DNA from: a virus
DNA length: 64,000 bases
Reading direction: 5' to 3' (one strand)
IMG/VR virus record: IMGVR_UViG_3300025121_000038
Location: 16,999 to 80,998 of that record
This document shows, in pieces, positions 60,817 to 64,000 of the stretch. Numbering within the stretch: position 1 is the first letter of the stretch; every line of letters begins with the position of its first letter. The notes beneath the pieces were generated by a model, which saw nothing but the letters and a program-made list of their open reading frames with translations, ran no database searches and was not told the DNA's origin. The position numbers and the translations under genes were made by a program.

Positions 60817-60940
60817 TTACCGTTCAAGTCTTAAGGACTAATGAGTTATATGCAGGTTTCGAGCCTGCTACATTTCGTGTTCAAGACGAATGCTCTACCA
60901 ATGAGCTAATATGTGTATGTCCTAAACGTCAGAACGGCAA
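60817..60940 (-). ncRNA. Y-RNA-like RNA enclosing a tRNA cloverleaf
   Basis: TGCCGTTC/GAACGGTA, AGGAC/GTCCT, ATACACA, then D, anticodon (CTTGAAC) and T arms. Confidence 0.65.
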
Positions 60941-61114
60941 AAACTATTTCCAATAAATCTTGATGAACTTTATAGCAGCATATATCAAGAGTATAATACA
61001 AGTAATTTTTAGAATAAAACCAAAATAATAAATCCCAATAAGAGCTAAAAATCCCATAATTAAGAATTCTAACATGCCCATTTTTGGAATTACATTTGTG
61101 GTCTTTTTTACCAT

Positions 61115-61141
61115 TGGAGCCAACAGAGAGAATCGAACTCC
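61115..61141 (-). pseudogene. 3' end of split tRNA
   Basis: GAG-TTCGATT-CTCTC-TGTTGGC-T-CCA; pairs with 62018-62044. Confidence 0.85.
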
Positions 61142-61190
61142 ATAGTTGTATTAACTTACTTATATAAGTAAGTTAATACAACTATGGAGT
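61137..61190. repeat. perfect 54-bp palindrome
   Basis: ACTCCATAGTTGTATTAACTTACTTAT/ATAAGTAAGTTAATACAACTATGGAGT. Confidence 0.95.
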
Positions 61191-61203
61191 ATAAAAAGGT
61201 ACT

Positions 61204-61965
61204 ATGTTTAAATTTCAAGAAATAATTAAAAATCCAGAATTAATCAAAAACTATACTTACACTCAAGACGTTCCTTTAATATGCGAAGCTTGTAAAGCAA
61301 CCTTCTTAAGGAACAAGTTGGACCTTACAATAAAAATCAAAAAAGGCAGGAAAAAGTCCTATTGTTCTAAACAATGTAGTTATACATCCACAAGAAAAAC
61401 AGAAGAAATAAAATGTACTAATTGTCAAAAAGCTATCTTTCGACTTTCTTCACACATCGGTACAAACAATTTTTGTGGCCATACTTGTTCGGCAATTTTC
61501 AACAATACAGGCAGAAAAACCAAAAAATATGTAGCCCCTTTAACACATTGTTTATTTTGCAACAAGAGTTTATTTTCTTCAGAAAATAAACTCTTCAAAA
61601 CTGGAAAGAAATACTGTAATCATAAATGCCATCATGCATTTGTGCGTCAACAAAAAATAGAAAAATGGCTTTCTAATGAAAATGTAGAGGCTACGCCCCA
61701 TGGGAGTTTACCAAATCATATTTACAATTACATACGAAATTTTTATGAAAATAAATGTTCTAGATGTGGTTGGAATGAAATAAATGAGCAAACGAAAAAA
61801 TCACCCCTAAATATACATCATATAGACGGTAATTATAGAAATAACAGATTTGACAATTTGGAGTTATTGTGCCCAAATTGTCACTCACTGACACATAATT
61901 ATGGAAGTTTAAATAAAGGTAAAGGAAGAGAATTTAGGTACAAAAAAGCTCTCACCGGGACTTGA
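61204..61965 (+). CDS. zinc-finger HNH endonuclease
   Basis: LNIHHIDGNYRNNRFDNLELLCPNCHSLT. Confidence 0.92.
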   Translation: MFKFQEIIKNPELIKNYTYTQDVPLICEACKATFLRNKLDLTIKIKKGRKKSYCSKQCSYTSTRKTEEIKCTNCQKAIFRLSSHIGTNNFCGHTCSAIFNNTGRKTKKYVAPLTHCLFCNKSLFSSENKLFKTGKKYCNHKCHHAFVRQQKIEKWLSNENVEATPHGSLPNHIYNYIRNFYENKCSRCGWNEINEQTKKSPLNIHHIDGNYRNNRFDNLELLCPNCHSLTHNYGSLNKGKGREFRYKKALTGT

Positions 61966-62017
61966 ACCCAGAATTTCACCATACCAAGATGATGTTTTAC
62001 CTTTAAACTATAAGAGC
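61947..62017 (-). tRNA. tRNA-Thr(GGU)
   Basis: TCATC-TTGGTAT-GGTGA; no CCA; overlaps the HNH 3' end. Confidence 0.88.
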
Positions 62018-62044
62018 AGTGTAATACCACTATACTATGTCGGC
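62018..62044 (-). pseudogene. 5' half of split tRNA
   Basis: GCCGACA-TA-GTATAGTGGTATTAC-ACT abutting the intact tRNA-Thr. Confidence 0.85.
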
Positions 62045-62128
62045 ATTTATGAGTGTAAGGTCCGAATCGAACGGACGCTCTCCAGAATATTCCAAACTGA
62101 ATATGACTGTACACGCTTGCTCGTGTAC

Positions 62129-62208
62129 TATCTATGAATAGAGGATTTGAACCTCTGACCTCCAGATTGGGGTCCGGCACTCTACCAGACTGAGCTAATT
62201 CATAGATA
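62129..62208 (-). ncRNA. tRNA-like RNA, 11-bp acceptor, 6-nt anticodon loop
   Basis: CCGGA-CCCCAA-TCTGG; canonical D and T arms; no CCA. Confidence 0.6.
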
Positions 62209-62263
62209 CATATTTAATATGAAACTTCCACGGTGACATTCCACTTTGTCCGCATACACTCAC

Positions 62264-62338
62264 TGGTGCCTCCAGTAGGAGTCGAACCTACGTCTCAATC
62301 TTATGAGGATCATATTCTAACCGTTAAAATATGGAGGC
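62264..62338 (-). tRNA. tRNA(CAU), Ile2 or elongator Met
   Basis: Loop CTCATAA; CCA. Confidence 0.85.
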
Positions 62339-62392
62339 ATTTTATCTTAGTAAGTATACAACAAGAGGCTTTACGGAAAGTTAATCTAGATC

Positions 62393-62908
62393 CTAAAAAT
62401 TCCTCTTCATACCATTAGGTCCAGTCACATACTCATCCCAATGCCCAACAGATAAATGAAGTGGTACTCGAGGATTACGCGGAAGTCCAAAATACTCTCG
62501 AACATCTAGAAGATCCTCACAACGGATTGAGTACCAGATATGACGTGAGTTATACCAAGGCTCCGGGTCAAACTCAAACTTAAAGACCTTACCGTTCAAA
62601 TAACGTCCCCAATCTTGGACATTACGAGTCGGTCGCTCTTGCCGAAAAACAGACACATGACATCCCCAAGGAGGTGGAAGCATTTTGCCCATCAACCCTA
62701 AACGGGTATCTGTAATTTTACCTGAGCTACCCGTTGACCGAAGTTGATCAATAACATTCATCCAAGTCTGCGGAAGCTGTCCTCGAGTGTCATATTCTGT
62801 TTTCCGGAACCAATCATAGTCACACTTCAAGATCAAACACCACTGAGTAAACTCTACCGAAGTGGCTCGGGGATCATATTGAAGTGTTCCAGTAGCAGTC
62901 AAAGTCAT
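62393..62908 (-). CDS. 2H phosphoesterase-like protein
   Basis: Two HxS motifs (HVSV, HLSV). Confidence 0.65.
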   Translation of the reverse strand: MTLTATGTLQYDPRATSVEFTQWCLILKCDYDWFRKTEYDTRGQLPQTWMNVIDQLRSTGSSGKITDTRLGLMGKMLPPPWGCHVSVFRQERPTRNVQDWGRYLNGKVFKFEFDPEPWYNSRHIWYSIRCEDLLDVREYFGLPRNPRVPLHLSVGHWDEYVTGPNGMKRNF

Positions 62909-63264
62909 GATAAACTCGATATAAGGTTTGTATCTAATATAACGAGTTTTAGGCGAGTAGAGTAAGACGAATTATTTGAAGAGTTAAGAAAGTAGATCTG
63001 TTATGCACTCCTCATGAAACACGAATCTGTTCCCGTTTGGAACAAAGTTAGGTCTTACTACTGTCTTTTTAGTGTAGATACCATAAGCTTCTTTCTTAGT
63101 CAGCTTCACTTTGGATAAAAGATAGCCTTCATCTACCACAGGCTTTTTACAGATTGGACATTTCTCACTAACGAACACACCAGCCATTTTTATACCCAAG
63201 ATTGACTAAGTTCAAGACATATATTTCTGAGGAGGATAGGTCAACAATCTTATTACTTGCCGTG

Positions 63265-63705
63265 TCATACCAACATATAAGGTGCAGTTTCTTTTAATTG
63301 TTCAAGTATCTCTTCTCTGTATTCATTATTTTTGTCAAGCATGTCTTCTATAGATATAGGACCATCTATAAGGTGGACTTCCAGATCCTTATAAACTACT
63401 TCCCATAAGCATTCAAAATCTGATTTTGAAAACTGATTGGGGTCATAAATCCTGGTTGTATACATTATATCATGTACTATGTCAAGTCCGGCAGAGTGTA
63501 ACACCTTGGATGCAAAATCAGGTATTAGCTTACCTTTTGTAACTATATAACTATCTCCAGTGACAGGTCTAGCATATCTATTGAGATGAAGTTTATCCGC
63601 ACGATATAAAATTAGAAAAGCTTTGTAGACGTCAATTTTAGGATAGGCAGTAGCTACCCATATTAAGGTTTCTAGTGTTTTCTTTTCATTGACCTTAAAT
63701 TTCAT
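63265..63705 (-). CDS. Panacea (DUF4065/SocA-like) domain protein
   Basis: KAFLILYRADKLHLNRYARPVTGDSY...FSKSDFECL. Confidence 0.75.
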   Translation of the reverse strand: MKFKVNEKKTLETLIWVATAYPKIDVYKAFLILYRADKLHLNRYARPVTGDSYIVTKGKLIPDFASKVLHSAGLDIVHDIMYTTRIYDPNQFSKSDFECLWEVVYKDLEVHLIDGPISIEDMLDKNNEYREEILEQLKETAPYMLV

Positions 63706-64000
63706 TCTAAATCCTCAAAACTTCCATCAAATAGATCCGTTTCTGGGTCCTCCATACGTAATTTTTCGCGGAGTTCCATCAATAAATACCCAAGCCTATT
63801 CTTACCACTTCCGTCTCCACCATCTCCCCAATAAGAGTCTCGTTCAGTATGCTCAACAAGTTTTGCATCTCCGGTACTGAGTAATAATTTCTTAAGATCT
63901 GGATGCTGTGTAAACTTAGCATAGAGTGCCCGTCTCATTATGTTCTCTTTAACCGACTCCCAGTCGCGGCGTAGGGGTAGCTTTCTATCTCTGCCCATAG
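63702..64000 (-). CDS. NADAR (YbiA-like) protein, 5' end outside window
   Basis: LRRDWESVK...AKFTQH...LLSTG...DSYWG...GKNRLG..LM. Confidence 0.92.
   Translation of the reverse strand, partial: MGRDRKLPLRRDWESVKENIMRRALYAKFTQHPDLKKLLLSTGDAKLVEHTERDSYWGDGGDGSGKNRLGYLLMELREKLRMEDPETDLFDGSFEDLE

Noticed and set aside
1-64000. Genome-wide stop codon reassignment (TGA or TAG as sense)
   Set aside because: Long genes are uninterrupted in code 11 and many end in TGA with ATGA overlaps; only two UGA cases were seen.
1-64000. CRISPR array or rRNA
   Set aside because: The recurring TTCGAA-type words are tRNA T loops; no regularly spaced repeats or rRNA signatures seen.

Overview
AT-rich segment of a large (jumbo-type) dsDNA phage genome, almost entirely transcribed on the minus strand. 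It carries about 39 recognisable tRNA genes, more than a dozen tRNA-like or fragmentary elements, and several 150-460 nt structured non-coding stretches. Translation and RNA-processing genes include EF-Tu, RF1, an L7/L12-CTD-like protein, two RNase Z/MBL nucleases, an RNA-ligase-like protein, a HAD phosphatase and an HD hydrolase. Host-like metabolic genes include IscU, IscA, a CoaD-CoaE fusion and a deoxynucleoside kinase. There are also a 1480-aa PARP-domain protein, two NADAR proteins and an orphan Panacea protein. Three patterns stand out. (1) Eight free-standing HNH, PD-(D/E)XK or GIY-YIG endonuclease genes lie inside split target genes (seven tRNA genes and tuf). In most cases the insert brings a replacement copy or end of the gene it broke; tuf's original N-terminus is stranded 1 kb away beyond the HNH. 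(2) Two small ORFs missed or truncated by the ORF track read through a single in-frame UGA followed by a SECIS-like hairpin, so they are candidate phage selenoproteins. (3) There are many non-canonical tRNA-derived RNAs, and several ORFs begin immediately after a tRNA CCA. All coordinates and folds were read by eye, and family assignments come from motif recognition, not database searches.
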